The notes beneath the pieces were generated by a model, which was not told the DNA's origin, did no database searches, and was given only the letters and a program-made list of their open reading frames with translations. The translations under genes and the position numbers were made by a program. A DNA stretch of 64,000 nt. It comes from Malacoraja senta (Eukaryota). The DNA is taken from positions 8,682,001 to 8,746,000 of the forward strand of contig CM075995.1 in assembly GCA_038087875.1 (NCBI GenBank), read 5' to 3'. This document shows, piece by piece, positions 63,862 to 64,000 of this stretch. The stretch's first letter is position 1. Every line of letters begins with the position of its first letter.

Positions 63862-64000
63862 ACAGCCTATCCATGATCGGACTTTGCTGGCTTTACCTTG
63901 CACTAAACGTTATTCCCTTATCATGTATCTACACACTCGATACGGACGGCTCGATTGTAATCGTGTATTGTCTTTCTGCTGACTGGTTAGCACGCAACAA

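Overview
Vertebrate, repeat-saturated genomic DNA, mostly intron/intergenic. The repeat content (HE1-like V-SINEs, HER1/CR1 LINEs, Rex1, Penelope) points to a cartilaginous fish, probably a skate or ray; this is inferred. Almost all ORFs in the track are transposon fragments or their antisense frames. Host coding sequence is on the minus strand: (i) a 99-bp exon (28604-28702) matching exon 2 of myosin-X (MYO10 or a MYO10-like paralogue), with 1-28603 being its downstream intron; (ii) three phase-compatible exons (60839-60954, 50367-50474, 49412-49563) that join into the C-terminus of a protein I cannot name. The most interesting signal is a set of Penelope-derived sequences: minimal hammerhead-ribozyme motifs, fold-back mini-elements, a 66-bp satellite carrying a recurring palindromic cassette (5 near-identical copies), and one insertion whose 16-bp duplication copies a splice acceptor and could be spliced out as a new intron. 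There is also a promoter-like island (NRF1, E2F/CHR, consensus donor) beside a 61-nt hairpin, and a perfect RFX X-box. Repeat boundaries were read by eye and are approximate.
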